DNA of 64,000 nucleotides from Paraspadella gotoi (Eukaryota > Animalia > Chaetognatha). This document shows, in pieces, positions 35,809-48,276 of this stretch. The stretch lies in the NCBI GenBank assembly GCA_051294375.1, contig CM119265.1, positions 23,304,776 to 23,368,775 on the forward strand, written 5' to 3'. Each line of letters starts with the position of its first letter. Within the stretch, counting starts at the first letter, position 1. Under the pieces are notes generated by a model. That model had not been told where the DNA came from. It searched no databases and worked only from the letters and a program-made list of their open reading frames with translations. Both the position numbers and the translations under genes were made by a program.

Positions 35809-36336
35809 GTAAGACTAAAATAGAGTTTAATAAGTTTTTACTTCATGAAGTTTGGATAAAATTGATGATACGCATGATGTTGACCGATTTAGTGCAGCAT
35901 TCATATAGTAAGAAACCCCGAACACGAACTCGTAGTGAGACGACCCCTTTTTTTTTATTAGTCTTTTTATAAAGAAAGATAACAAGGACTAACTAAAAAT
36001 CTTGATAACAAATTGGCACTAAGAGGCTATAAAGGATACACACTACGGCCTCGCTCCCCCCTCGTTCCCCCCCTACCCTGCTGTTCAATGTTCAGTGTTC
36101 ACTGTTCATAGACAGTTAGACACATACGGGATTATTCACGTCGCCAGCGATTTACAGGGTGTTATTTTTGTTTTAATTTTCTTTGGTTTGTGTTTTATTT
36201 CGCGATTGATCTGACTTAATCAAAGGTAAAAAAGAAAATGCTATATTCATATCATTAATACAATATGAGACTCTGTCTCCGGTACGCTTTTAAACATACA
36301 ATTCACGCAATAAAGAGTAAGGCCGTCCCCCGATAG

Positions 36337-36460
36337 GTGACTTGCATGGTGAAACTTCACAAACACAACTACCTCATCACCGGCGCCACCGATGGCTCCG
36401 TCAAAGTATGGAACTTCGAAAAACTCACCGAAGTTTCAAATTTGGATCACGACGAAGTTC
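36337..36460 (+). CDS. Host WD40-repeat gene exon
   Basis: TAG acceptor then VTCMVKLHKHNYLITGATDGSVKVWNF, a canonical WD40 signature; 3' end uncertain. Confidence 0.8.
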
Positions 36461-36591
36461 ACGGTTATCATTTGGTTTCGTCACATTCTATCATCATTTA
36501 ATCATTTATTCAAGCACGTTTTTTTTTTTAATGCGTTTTAAGTTTTCTTCACTATTTTTTTCATTTATTCATATTATTGGATTATTTTACA

Positions 36592-36755
36592 CGCGGTCCC
36601 CCCTCGGCAGCTGTCAACTGCGTCGCGGTGACGCAGACCCGCGCGGTGACGCTGCTGCTGATCGGCTTCACCAACTGCGTCGCGCTGTTGTGGCGACTCG
36701 ATTACCTCAAGATCGCTCAAAGGATCGAAATGCCATCGCCCATTATCGGGCTGGG
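36592..36755 (+). CDS. Host WD40-repeat gene exon
   Basis: AAVNCVAV...LLLIGFTNCVALLWRL, WD40-like; GTAAGG donor; acceptor unclear. Confidence 0.6.
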
Positions 36756-36878
36756 GTAAGGGATGGAGAAAAATGTGGGGGATGCTGGGGTGAGGGATGA
36801 AGAAAAGGATGATGGATTACGAGGTCAGGGATGAATCCGTTTTACTCTATGAACCGCTCAAGTCCGCTCATGGTTTAG

Positions 36879-36956
36879 ATTCGTATCCAACAACGATTTT
36901 TACGTCATCTGCACGTGCGGCATCTTCGTGTACGACGTGAGAGGAATTTACATCAT
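36879..36956 (+). CDS. Putative host exon
   Basis: TTTAG acceptor, FVSNNDFYVICTCGIFVYDV, GTGAG donor. Confidence 0.5.
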
Positions 36957-37401
36957 GTGAGATAATTAGAAAATAATTAATGAGTCTCTTTATTTCTCAT
37001 TTTCTCTAAAATTTTTTTTGTCTTTTTATTACTATCTTCTTCTCTCTCCACTTGTACGCGTTTGTTTTTGTTTACCTTTGGCTCTCATTCACTCTCTCTC
37101 TCAATCTTTCACGTATTTTTACTCTTTTTCTTTTAAATTATTTGTTTCTCTCATTCCGTTTCACCCTCTCATTTATGAAAACATATTAAAAGGTATTCTT
37201 ACACAACCGGTCGATTTCCTCTCATCCGACGAGTGGAAAATCACGGAGGTTTTATTCCCGAAATTTTGGCGCTCAATCGTCACGGAGAAATCTTCACGCT
37301 GTCTTGCATTCGCGGCGTTGTCACGTCAGAGGTGTGAATTCGGTGAAAAAAGGTGATCAGTTAATCGCAGTGTATATTTTACATTTCTACCGATAGATTT
37401 G

Positions 37402-37565
37402 TTACATCGGTCTTTGTGAAGGGTGTAGGCCGTCCGCAGTGTCCGCCGTGCAGGCCGCCGTGTAGGTCCCAGCGTAAATCCGATTCGCCGTCGCTCCGCC
37501 CTGTGCCGCTTCGACAATGATCTGCACCGGTTGACCGCCCTGCATGATGACGATGTACTCGCCGA
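37402..37565 (-). pseudogene. Homolog of the orphan ORF at 9169-9432
   Basis: VIMQGGQPVQIIVEAAQGGATANRIYAG...DGLHPSQRP versus VVAGGGASEIVPEAVVGAATPSRIYVG...DGRLPLQRP. Confidence 0.5.
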
Positions 37566-38531
37566 AAAGTAGTTTAGCACACAAAATAATACTATGAAAA
37601 ATTGCAAGATTACTTGTTTTACTAAATTAGACTAAATCAATGTAAGAATTTAATAAATTTTAATAAATTTTATATTAAGATTTTAAAATAAATGTAAGAA
37701 TTTAATAAATTTAACTATATAGTAAATTTAATTATATTCTTTATTTAGAGTATATATAATGTTATGTTATTTACAACAGTGTGTCCCAATGGTACTATCT
37801 GTTAACTTACTGCTCCTATACTAGATCGAAAAACTTTAATTCATTTTAATGAATATGCACACAAGTATGGACCTGTTGGTGGGCGGATTCGCACGAGTTT
37901 CGCTCCTACAGACCATTTTATAGGATACCTAAATTTTTAAAATTGAACAAAGCAAACTCCTGTAGTTATTACATAAAGCAATTGATAAAAACATTTTTTC
38001 AGTGATTTTTTTTTTAATTTAAATTATATATTTTTTAATATTTATCAAATAGTTTTTATGATATTGATTAAATAATGTTTTAAATCTTTTCTTTAGATGC
38101 AGGACAGTAAGAAGCTTCAGAGCTTCTATAATGCATTAATCATTATTTTTAATACTATCTACTGAGGCAACTTACCACTAAATCATTAATAAGAGCCACA
38201 AGATGACGGTCTTCCAGACAATTCCCATCTCTACATTTTTTACGCCCTTTCACAAAAACGTAGCTCTTTAGCCCAAAAATCCAATAGCTCCCATTTTTAT
38301 CTGCTACGGTGGCTATATCACCCATTTTGGATCGTAGAAAATTATCTTTTCCAGCAGTCAAGGTAATAAAATTAACAAATTTTAAGGAATCATTTAAAAA
38401 AATCTCTTGTATAACCGCCAACAGGTATGGTTGCCGAAACCCGACCCAACACTGTAACAAGGCTATAATACTTTGCATCTCTAGTTTTAAAGATCTCGTC
38501 CCTTACCAAAAAGCTCGACGCCACCCCTTAC

Positions 38532-39194
38532 TTTAGTTTGTTTTGGTGTTTCCATGTCTCTGCTAAACAGCCGCGAGAAGCAGCCCATGCGTCGCCGCCC
38601 CGACGACGCCGCCAACATCGAAAACTGTCGTGAAGAGGGCGCCGGGGACTCCGTCGGCGCTGCTTTCGTCCCTGCAGCACCGACGTCGCCCCGACTTGTC
38701 GCAACTTCCGGGAGGGACGATCTTCTGAGGAGACGTTTGTTGACACTCACTTGACCTCCATTGACGCAAGGTCCTCTCGCCATGAAACTGCCTGATTCGG
38801 CGCCATCGCCGTGTTCTCCAGCGCGATTGCCGCGTTCAACAGCGCACTCGCCGCATTCTGTGGCGCGCTCGCCGCATTCTGTGGCGCGCTCGCCACCCGA
38901 TGCAGCCTTTTCCAACACCGCCACCTGTTGGTGCAGACGCTCAACAGCGCCACCCACTTGGCGGCCACCGCCTCCGCAAGCTCCTCTCGTCGCGTAACCA
39001 CTCGATTCGGCGCAATCGCCGCGTTGCGCGGCGCGCTCGCTCCTCGATGCAGTTTGACCCGCTTGATTTGTGACATCTTCTTGCTCGATCACGTTTTGGC
39101 TTGCCTGTCCGTCTTTGTGTGAGACCGACGGTGGTGGGGACAGTCGGCCGTCCATTTCCGTTTTGTCTTCAATGCTCCCCCAAGCCAGATCCAT
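38532..39194 (-). CDS. Orphan low-complexity ORF/exon with 21-bp internal repeats (ERATECG)
   Basis: Part of ORF 38487-39314; ATG in ATCATGG; GTAAGG donor-like site at ~38531. Confidence 0.4.
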
Positions 39195-40195
39195 GATGGT
39201 GATGATGGTTTTTGGATTTTCTTTAAATGTCGCGCGCGATTGATTTGATTTGAGTTTTTTGGCGCAGCGAAGGGGATTAAGATTGGAGAAAAAAAGAGAA
39301 CGGTTATGACACACTCACCGCCTCCTCAATCTACAAAATCTATGTTTACATATATTTGTAAATTGATTAATCCATTACGCTGCCACCAGATAGTTTAATG
39401 TAGATATATAGATAGTCTAATTACTAGCAAAGAACATTAGAGTCGTGAATATCTTCTAGCTCATAGATTATTGTAAATAGAGAATGTACGGTTTGTGGTC
39501 ACTTACCGTGTGAGAGGCAGGAGCTTTGAGCAGAGATGAGGGAGAGAGGAGTGAGCAAAGATAGCGCTTGAGGGCCGCTTTTATACTAGTTAATGAAGCT
39601 ACTCCATCCAGCAACCACGCGCAAACCATGAGGCTGCTGGATCGTTAAAGCCTAATCTTTTATAACCAAATTATGTAACAGATTGAGAGAGAGAGGGAGT
39701 TCCAAAAGGAGGAACGGAGATAAAAAGAGAAAAGGCGGACGCCAGCGCGTCGCCGAGAATCGCTCGCCGCTTTTTCGAGAACGCTCGCCGCTTTTTCGGA
39801 GAAAGGAGAAGGAGATAGAGACAGGAGAATAGAAGGAGGAGAAGATATAAAAGGTGAAGGAAAAGGGAGAGCGGAAGGAAGCAGAGAAAAGTAAAGGAGA
39901 GAAAAGTCGTAGTACCACCATGCTGTAAAAAATTTCCTTTTTGTATTATCTACTTGTAATAAAAGATAAACAAATAAACTCAAACTACCTTCTTTCTTCT
40001 AAAAACTCCCACGTATAACTAAACGGTTCACGCAACAAAAAGAAAATCAGTTAGAGAAATCGCGCCGGTAATCACAAGGAGTCGGAAGCTGAGAAGGCTG
40101 ACCCTGCAGCCGTCCTGAACCCTGATCAAGTTCAGGAGCCAGCAAAGTGGACAGATTGGCGAAATTGGCAGGAAACGGATGAAGACCTGCAGGTA

Positions 40196-40730
40196 TTGAA
40201 AAAATGGCTAACGGAGGGAGCTCCAGGAAAAGCCCAAGCCCGACGGTATAGTCCGGCTTTGAGATCATATTATGCATCGTTGCCACAGTTAGTCTGCATG
40301 ACGGAGTCATTGTCAGAAAATGGACTGATGCCATGGACCCAGATAAAGAGCTCAATTTACCAGTGGTGCCAGAGGATCGTGTGGTTGAATTATTATTCAA
40401 TGCTCATGAACTCCAAGGGCATCCAGGGGTCACTAGGATGCGGGATCTAATCAGGATAAGTACTATTGGTACTCACGCGATGTCACCATCAATGAATATG
40501 TGATGACATGCAATATTTGTGCCAGAAGGAGGAAAGCAAACCTCCGGCACCTTGGTCCAGGACAAAGCTTCTTTTTTAACGAACGAGTAGCTATGGACAT
40601 AAAAGTAATGACAAAACCATCGAGACATGGTTTTGTGGCAATCTTACTGATAGTAGATTATTTTACTAGATTTGTGTCACTGACAAATCTAAATCACAAA
40701 CCGCAGAGGAAGTGTGGGCTAAGGCGTAGT
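40196..40730 (+). pseudogene. pol: Gypsy integrase N-terminal part (HHCC zinc finger and first Asp of DDE)
   Basis: AHELQGHPGV...TCNICAR...ERVAMDI...LLIVDYFTRFV, with frameshifts. Confidence 0.88.
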
Positions 40731-41003
40731 AAAATTCCCTAAGTTTCCAACTTATAATTAAAATTCTAAAAAGTGAGGAACGAACAACATTATATCTATG
40801 ACAATTTATGTATAAAAAAAATTTATAATAAATTTTACAATTTACGCAGTAGGCCATATTATACTAGTACTAAACAATAAATGTTAAAATTTCAAAACAG
40901 TTTTTTCTAAGATTTTTTTGCAGATTTGGATTCGTCATAAAGAAGTTGATAAAAAGAATATAACTCTTTTTGAAAAATTCCTTTCATTAAGTTATTTAAC
41001 AAG

Positions 41004-42042
41004 TTTGAGCAAACAATGTCGGATCTGCCTACGATAATTAATTAATTAATTGATTAATTAATTAATAGATTAATTAATTAATTAATAGATTAATTAATTA
41101 TAATTAATGATTAATTATAATTATATTCAGCTTGTCATCATCGATGTCCTTAAAATTGAGTCAGGACAGTTATTAAATGTTTTGTTTACATTTTATCAAA
41201 CAAACAAATATCCTCTATTATCGAGCCAGGCGGGCAAAGCCCGTCCTGTCTAGATTTTTTTGGTTTTAGCTTTCGGTCTCGCTTTTTTGCAATCATGGCT
41301 TCTGAAAGTGTGATATCATAGGGAGTTGAATTTTCATATATGGCTTCTAACATCAAGATCTTTAAAATTCTCATGTTTCATATCATATTTGGTATTTGTT
41401 TATGTTTTATTTACAAAACAAAAACGTTTTAATTATATGTCGCTCTGCTCTCTCTCTCTCTTTTTCTCCGTCACTGCTTCTTCTAAAAACGAGTTCCGGC
41501 TCTGCAGCGTCCTGTCCAGCTTCTTCTCTCTCTCTTCTTCTCTCTTTTTTTTTTTTTTTTTTTTTACAAAAAATTTTTAGATATAATGTGGGTCACTAAT
41601 GTAAAAACGATGCCGCGAACAGGGCGCGAACCCGGGTCCTTTGGTAGAGAATAGCTCACGATACGTGCGGCGCCATAAGTACTGCTGAATTCTTTAACGA
41701 GTAAAGGGGCTGTAGAGCTTCTCTCTCTCTCTCTCTTTTAATTATTATATATCGCTCTTTCTCTTTCTCTTTTTCTCTGCAGCGGCTGTCTCTCTCTCTC
41801 TCTCTTTTTTCTCTCTCTTCTCTCTGTCTCCTGGTGTGTCTGTCCTATCTGTCCGATTTTGCGTGATCGTTTGTTTTTGAAAAATTCTGATTATTTTTTT
41901 CTAAAACTTTTTATTATTGCCATTTATTCCGCGCTTTTTTTCAATACAAAATCCCATATTTTCATCCGAGATTTTCGTGGATTTATCTCTTCTTTTCTTT
42001 CTCTCTTTTTCTCTCTCTCTCTTTCTTTCTCTCTCTCTTCTT

Positions 42043-42079
<37 letters not shown>

Positions 42080-43637
42080 TACTCATCACGCATTTGTTTG
42101 TTTTATTGACTATCATCATCATCAAATGAATGACACATGCATCACATGCAGTGAATGACTATCATCGCATCAAATAATGATTATCATCGAATCAATTAAT
42201 CAATTCCTATTACATCAATAAATTACTATTACATCAATCAATTAGTATTACCTCAATCAATTACTATTACATCAAAATTCGTATCGCTGATTATCGTTTT
42301 TTCCCGTTTTTTCATTAATTTCTATATAGTGGGCTCTGGCTCGACTTGAGTCTTTTAAGATTTTTATTTTATGTCTCCTTCTCTCTCCTTCTCTCTCTAT
42401 TCTTCACTCCTCTCTTTCTCGCTCACTCTCTCTCTCTCTCACCTCTCTTTCTCTCTCTCCTCTTTTTTATGCATACGACGATCCTCATGCTTTTATAGAT
42501 TTTTTTAACTTGCAATCATTTTTTCAAACTTGCATAATTTTTTCAACTTGCATTCCGTCAAAACTTTATATCTAGCTTCTTCACTCACTTCCTACCGGCT
42601 CACAAAATTTCATCTCAATCTATCATGGGTTAAAATAAATAAAAGATTCAAGTAAATGTGACTCATATTTTTTTCATTTAAACTCATTTCCACTGGTACG
42701 TTTCCACTCGAAACTTATATCAAGCTTCGTCATACGTTTTCCTACCCACACACAAAATTCAACTCAATCTATCCATCCAATTATGATATAATTGAGTATT
42801 TATTGGTTAAAATAAGTAAAAAGATTTTAGTAAATTCGACTTATGTTTTTTCCATTTAAACTAATTTCCACTCACACGATTCCATCGAAATTTTATATCC
42901 AGCTTTATCACACACTTTCCTACCCACCCACAAAATTTAATTCCAATCAACCAGCCAATCACGAGTTATTGGAGCTTGCTAAGATGGGACGATGACGGAT
43001 TGATTGACTAATTAATTAATTATGATTAATTTATTTACTAATTATTAATTAACTGATTAATTATTTGATTTATTAAATACATCCTGCAGATACATTTAAT
43101 ATAAAAGGAAAAAGAAGCATAATCATTAGTAAACAGGTTTTTTTGTTTTTTTCCATATAAACTCATTTCCACTCAACTATTCCATCGAAACTTGATTTCC
43201 TTTCAATCACACACTTCCTACCCACATACAAAATTCCAGGTCAATCAGCCCATCCACTCATGAGCAATTGGTGTTCAAATAGTGAATATATTTTTGTTTT
43301 TTCCATTTAAACTCATTTCCAACTCGGACGATTCCATCGAACTTAATATCCAGCTCAATCACACACTTACCTATCCACACACAAAATTTCATTTAAATCC
43401 ATCCATCCAATCACGAGTAATTGGTGTTTTTTTGCTAAAGTGGGACGGGACGGACGGACGGACAGCAGACGGACGGACGGACATCATTTTTTTTGCATAA
43501 TTTATCATAATTCGATGTCTGACATGATATAAGTGTGCCCGACAATATTGAGGGGGCGGACCGACGGACCGAAAAAGTGAGTTATAAAAAGTGAGTTATA
43601 GATCGGGATCTGCTGATAAGCAGATCCGACTAAAAAA
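41004..43637 (+). mobile_element. Helentron/DINE-1-like non-autonomous element
   Basis: Sub-terminal inverted repeat GTCGGATCTGC (~41018) / GCAGATCCGAC (~43620); 3' hairpin GATCTGCT-GATA-AGCAGATC; GGAC microsatellite; internal sub-repeats. Confidence 0.6.
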
Positions 43638-43968
43638 AGCTATATTTTAAGCTGAAAATCAACTTTTTTATATTAAATATAGTTTTTTTAATTTTTAACC
43701 CAGTTAAATGAAAGAATTTTTAAAAAATGATTCTATATTTTCTTTTATCAACTTTTGACGACGGTATTCAAATCTGCAAATCAAAATTAGAAAAGCCTTT
43801 TTTTAAAATTTTTGATTTTATAAGGATAGTTACTATATATAAATTAGCCTACTGCGAAAATTAAAAAACATAAAATAATTTTTTTTTACAAATTAATGTT
43901 CACTGATGGTATGTTGTTCATAAGATTGGCTTTAGAATTTTCGTATGTAACTTTCACTACGCCTTAGT

Positions 43969-44871
43969 GTGGGCGGCCTACATGGACAACTGGTGTGCGT
44001 ATTTTTGGCGCCAGTTTCGCCATCCACACACGGATTTCGGCGTGCAGTTCGCCGCTCAAAAAGGCTACCCACCTTTTTAAATTATGGAATTCACAAGACC
44101 CATACTGTCTCTTTCCATCCTCAAAGTGATGGTTTGGCAGAAAGACAAATCCGAACCCTAAATAACACCTTGTCTAAAATCCTGATGGAGGTTGAGGTCG
44201 AGCAGGAGAAATTAGGTGTGAAGGAGCAAACTGATTGGGGAGATTTGACCCGGAAAGTTCAGTTTGCTATGAATGCTTTACCATGTAAATTCACAGGGTT
44301 TAGTCCATTTCGAGTCTTAACCGGACAAGACATGAATGTCCCGTTGTCATTGACCTTTCCATTGGAAGACGGACGGCAGGTGCGTGAAGAGTTACCTGGG
44401 GCAATTAGGGGATTGCAAGTTAGACAGTCACAGGTATTCAAAGCTGTTGCAAAGCATTCTGACGTTGAGTTATCTCGACAAAAGGCTTACTACGATTTGC
44501 GGGCTAGTACTCCCACTTTCAAAGAAGGAGATCGGGTCCTCTATCGAAAATACTACCTACAGCCCAATGACGTCCGATCGTTTAGCGCCCAGTTCTACAA
44601 GGAACCCTTTGTCATCACTAGAAAACTGAGTGATGTAAACTATGTCATCTGCCCAGGTGGTAAGAGTGACGGGTCGGCAGAACATGGCCGAAAGGAATGC
44701 CGAGTGGTCCATGCCAATCAGATCAAACTGATTGAGGATTCCGTCGGGGTTCCTACCCGAGAGGTTGAAAAGCGGGATGAAAACAAACGACCATTCCGCG
44801 AGAGAAAAGTCCCTGTTCATTTACAAGACTATGATCTAACTAATGAACGAAATGAACGGGATTTAGTTTGA
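43969..44871 (+). CDS. pol: Gypsy integrase core/C-terminal fragment (homology from ~44075)
   Basis: GIHKTHTVSFHPQSDGLAERQIRTL (catalytic Glu), TGFSPFRVLTG, RQKAYYD, FKEGDRVL, EPFVI (GPY/F-like), VVHANQIK. Confidence 0.92.
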   Translation: MGGLHGQLVCVFLAPVSPSTHGFRRAVRRSKRLPTFLNYGIHKTHTVSFHPQSDGLAERQIRTLNNTLSKILMEVEVEQEKLGVKEQTDWGDLTRKVQFAMNALPCKFTGFSPFRVLTGQDMNVPLSLTFPLEDGRQVREELPGAIRGLQVRQSQVFKAVAKHSDVELSRQKAYYDLRASTPTFKEGDRVLYRKYYLQPNDVRSFSAQFYKEPFVITRKLSDVNYVICPGGKSDGSAEHGRKECRVVHANQIKLIEDSVGVPTREVEKRDENKRPFRERKVPVHLQDYDLTNERNERDLV

Positions 44872-45099
44872 ACAATTTCTGACTGGCCGATAGATAAAGT
44901 AAGGTAAGAAGTGTGGAACAAAGTAAAATAAATATAAAAAACACCGGGGGCAAAAAATAACAAACAGTAAAAGGCAATGGGAAAAAGTTTAAGTTTGCCA
45001 AAAAACTAACATAGTAAAAACTGACTAACAATAACGAGAATAACGAAATAACGTTTTAATGTAAAATTGAAATATTAAACAAAGAAAAATTTAAAGAGA

Positions 45100-48076
45100 T
45101 GTATAACGTTCCGGCGGGACTCCGGCGCCGCGCCTCAGAGACCGACGAGGAGGTCGAGGAGGTGGTGGTGGCGCCGGGGCGGGCGGTGGCGGCGATGGGT
45201 GGAGATCCACCAGGAACTTCAATATCTCCGCCCCCGCCTCCGTATGAGTCGTCCTCACGTGAACCGTTCATCGATGGCCGCCGGATCATCGATATCTCTG
45301 GGCGACACAGAAGACCGGCTAATGAAATGGCGAAAAAAAGGCAATGCGTCGAGTGCAGACGTCTCGATCGCGCTACGCTAACGTCTGGGACGCACGACAG
45401 CAGCGTCGAAAGTAAGAATGACGAGGGGACGATGAACGCCACGTTGATGCGCCCCCGCGGTGAAAACAAATCGCTCTCTGGAGAAAGGAGAAAATCAGTT
45501 TTAACTAAAAAATAAATTAAAAAAGGAGAATGAGATATATGTAAAAGATATAAAAATATAAAACTGAAGAGAAAGATGCCAAGAATTGTTCCAGACTCTT
45601 ACCAGAAGAAATTCAGAGCGCGTCGGTGGGGACGGTGGCGGGCCCTGACGCGCGCCGCAGTAATCGGGAGAGCAAGAGAGGGCGTGGCCCCCGTACGCTC
45701 TCCGTCGTCGTGGTAAGGGGCGTACGTCACCGTCGGCGCCTCCGTCGTCGTCGTCGCCTTCGTCGACATCGCCGTTGTCGTCGTCGCCTTCGTCGCCTTC
45801 GCCGACATCGCCGTCGTCGTCGTCGCCTTCGTCGTCGTCACCACCGTCGTCGTCGCCATCGTTGTCGTCGTTGTTGAGGAGGAGAGGAGGTCGACTAGGA
45901 TTTTGAAGGTCGTACCCCCATCCCTTCACTGGATGAAAAACAAAGAAAAAGAAAGAAAAATAAAAAATAATAAAAAGTCGGCGAAAAAAAATGAACCATG
46001 GTAATAGGTTGATAGACGACTAAGAACGAATTTTACTCTTCTCTTGTAGTCATGGGGGAGGAGAGTCCTCCGGCGCCCGTCAAGAAGTTGTAAACAATGC
46101 CGTCGAGATCCCCGGTGATGGAGGGTGAGTCCCTTCCAAGAGGAAAGGGAAGTCAGTCACCAGGGTCTCGACTTCTCGAAAGGTGGGAGACGGGGCATGA
46201 CCGGATGGAGAGGAGCGATGATGGAAGCCGGTTGGGAAAGACCGGATGAGTAAGGCCCTCCACCATCTCGTCGATCCAGGACTCGGACGACGGGCCCGGA
46301 GCCGACTCCGCGTCATCAATCCAGTGGATGAGGGGAGTGGCCAGTGGATCGCTCATTGGTGCGCGGAGGCGGGAAAGAGGAAGATCCTGGAGATGGAGAT
46401 CGAGAAAATGCCTCTGCGCGGGGGGGAGACTCTCTGGGGGACGAGGGACCGGAAAGGTGATCTCCGGAACAGAGAGAGGTCTCCGGGAACCAAAGGCAGA
46501 AGAGAAAAGATTAGGCAGGTTGTTTTATCTTGAAATCTTGTTTCTCCTGAGTTTTAGGATGAATGATTGTAAATTCTGACGAGGAGTGACGTTCCCTCGT
46601 GGGTGTAGTCAGTGTGGAAATGTCGAAGGAATCTGCGACGGAGGAGCAGCTGGGACGCCCTCCATACGAAGAGGTAGTTGTAGGGGGGTTCCTGGTCCAG
46701 TAAGTGGAGATGCAGGATGAGTGGAGTTATGTGACCTCACTCTCCTGCCAAACAATCTCGGGCGTGACGCGACGGCGTTTTGGGGGATTTTGGAAAAATG
46801 TTTCTCTGGGGGATGGAGCTCGGCGTCTACTGGAATCTGTGGAGGCGGGGGAGGAGGAATCCGAGTTGAGGTCCGAGTCTGGAGAGTTGGACCTCAGATC
46901 CCTCTCCCCTGGAAGGTGATGGTAGGGAGGCCGAGGATTGACCAGGGGATGGGTGGTGGGCATTGCCATCCCTGGTCCGAAGAAGATCCCCGGGAGAAAG
47001 TTGGTGTTAACGGTCTCAGCCACCCAGCGCCTACTTTCCCCCGAAGTCGGAGTAGCGGGGGTGCATGTGGCGCCACGGTGAATGAGGAATTGGCGCCGAG
47101 TCAGTAGTGGGGGCGTGGGAGGGCATGAGACCGGGTCCGGGACGGCGTTGGAAGGTGGTTGGTACCTAGGAGTAAAAAGAAAAGAAATTTAAAGAAAAGG
47201 AAATGGATAAATTATAAACAAAGCATAAATGATGAGAATTCTGAAATAACATACGGGAAAGGGGGGTCCTCCGAGTGGAAGATAGTGCTTGGCTCCACTA
47301 TCTCGAAGGTGCCACGTCGAGGAAAAGGGGAGCGTTGAGAGGCCGAGGGGAGCGGGGAGTCATCATGGCGGTACCCCGAGATCCAAGGGGAGCCGCCGAA
47401 GATCCACTGCTCCCACCGGATTTGACGCTCGGCGTCCTCCGGAAACTGACGGCGCGGGTGTAGGAGCCGAACGACCAGGGCTCCACACCATGAATGCTGG
47501 GAGCGCCGGGGAAGTAGGCCCACATAGTTTCCGGGGACGCCGATGCAGCCCCGCAGATCCTCGGTGGCCCCGACGGGGGGATCCCTGTCGACGCGCCACC
47601 CCATGTGGGGAAAACAAGGGCAGCTGTGTCGACGCCCGGGTAGCTGAAGAAGTAAGAAAGAAATTGAAAAGTTGAGAAAAGAACAAGATATAAATTTTAA
47701 ATCGAGTTTAAAATGAAACAAGTTTAACAAGTTATTTTAGTGTTAAGTCGAATGGGGTGTTTTAAACAAAACATCAAGAAAAGCTTACCACAGTTCCGAA
47801 GCGGTGTCGTGCCGAAGTGTACAAAATCCTGGGGGGATCCCCGCACTCCGATGTATGCATCTCCTCTATAACGAATAGAGGAGGATCGGCGCAGTGGCAG
47901 GTCTGTCGTTCCCGAGTGACGAAGACCCCGCCGCCTAGAGTCATGCGGCGAGTGAGACGTAGCTCGAGAGTCAGAACCTCCGTGTGAAGCCGAGGAGTGT
48001 AGGGAGCCAGGAGACCAGGGGGCGTAGGCCGGATAAAGTTCGAAAAAATGAGGGACAGAACCCAGCGGAGTTGGTT
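45100..48076 (-). pseudogene. Antisense cassette copy 4 (exon 2 to 47789, exon 3 47643-47255, exon 4 from 47165, Thr-rich ORF2 and distal exon)
   Basis: Same splice sites as other copies; exon 3 is an open 389 nt. Confidence 0.78.
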
Positions 48077-48276
48077 NNNNNNNNNNTCGTCGTTGTTGAG
48101 GAGGTGAGGGGGTCGACTAAGATAATCTGGAGGTCGTACCCCCATCCCCTCACTGGATAAAAAAATAAAGGAAGAAAGAAAAATAAAAAATAATAAAAAG
48201 TCAGCGGAAAAGGATGAACCATGGTAATAGGTTTATAGACGACTAAGAACGAATTTTTTACCTCTTCTGTTTGTAG

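Noticed and set aside
45880-48086. Tandem duplication of the antisense cassette as a biological feature
   Set aside because: The junction coincides with an N gap (48077-48086), so an assembly join cannot be excluded
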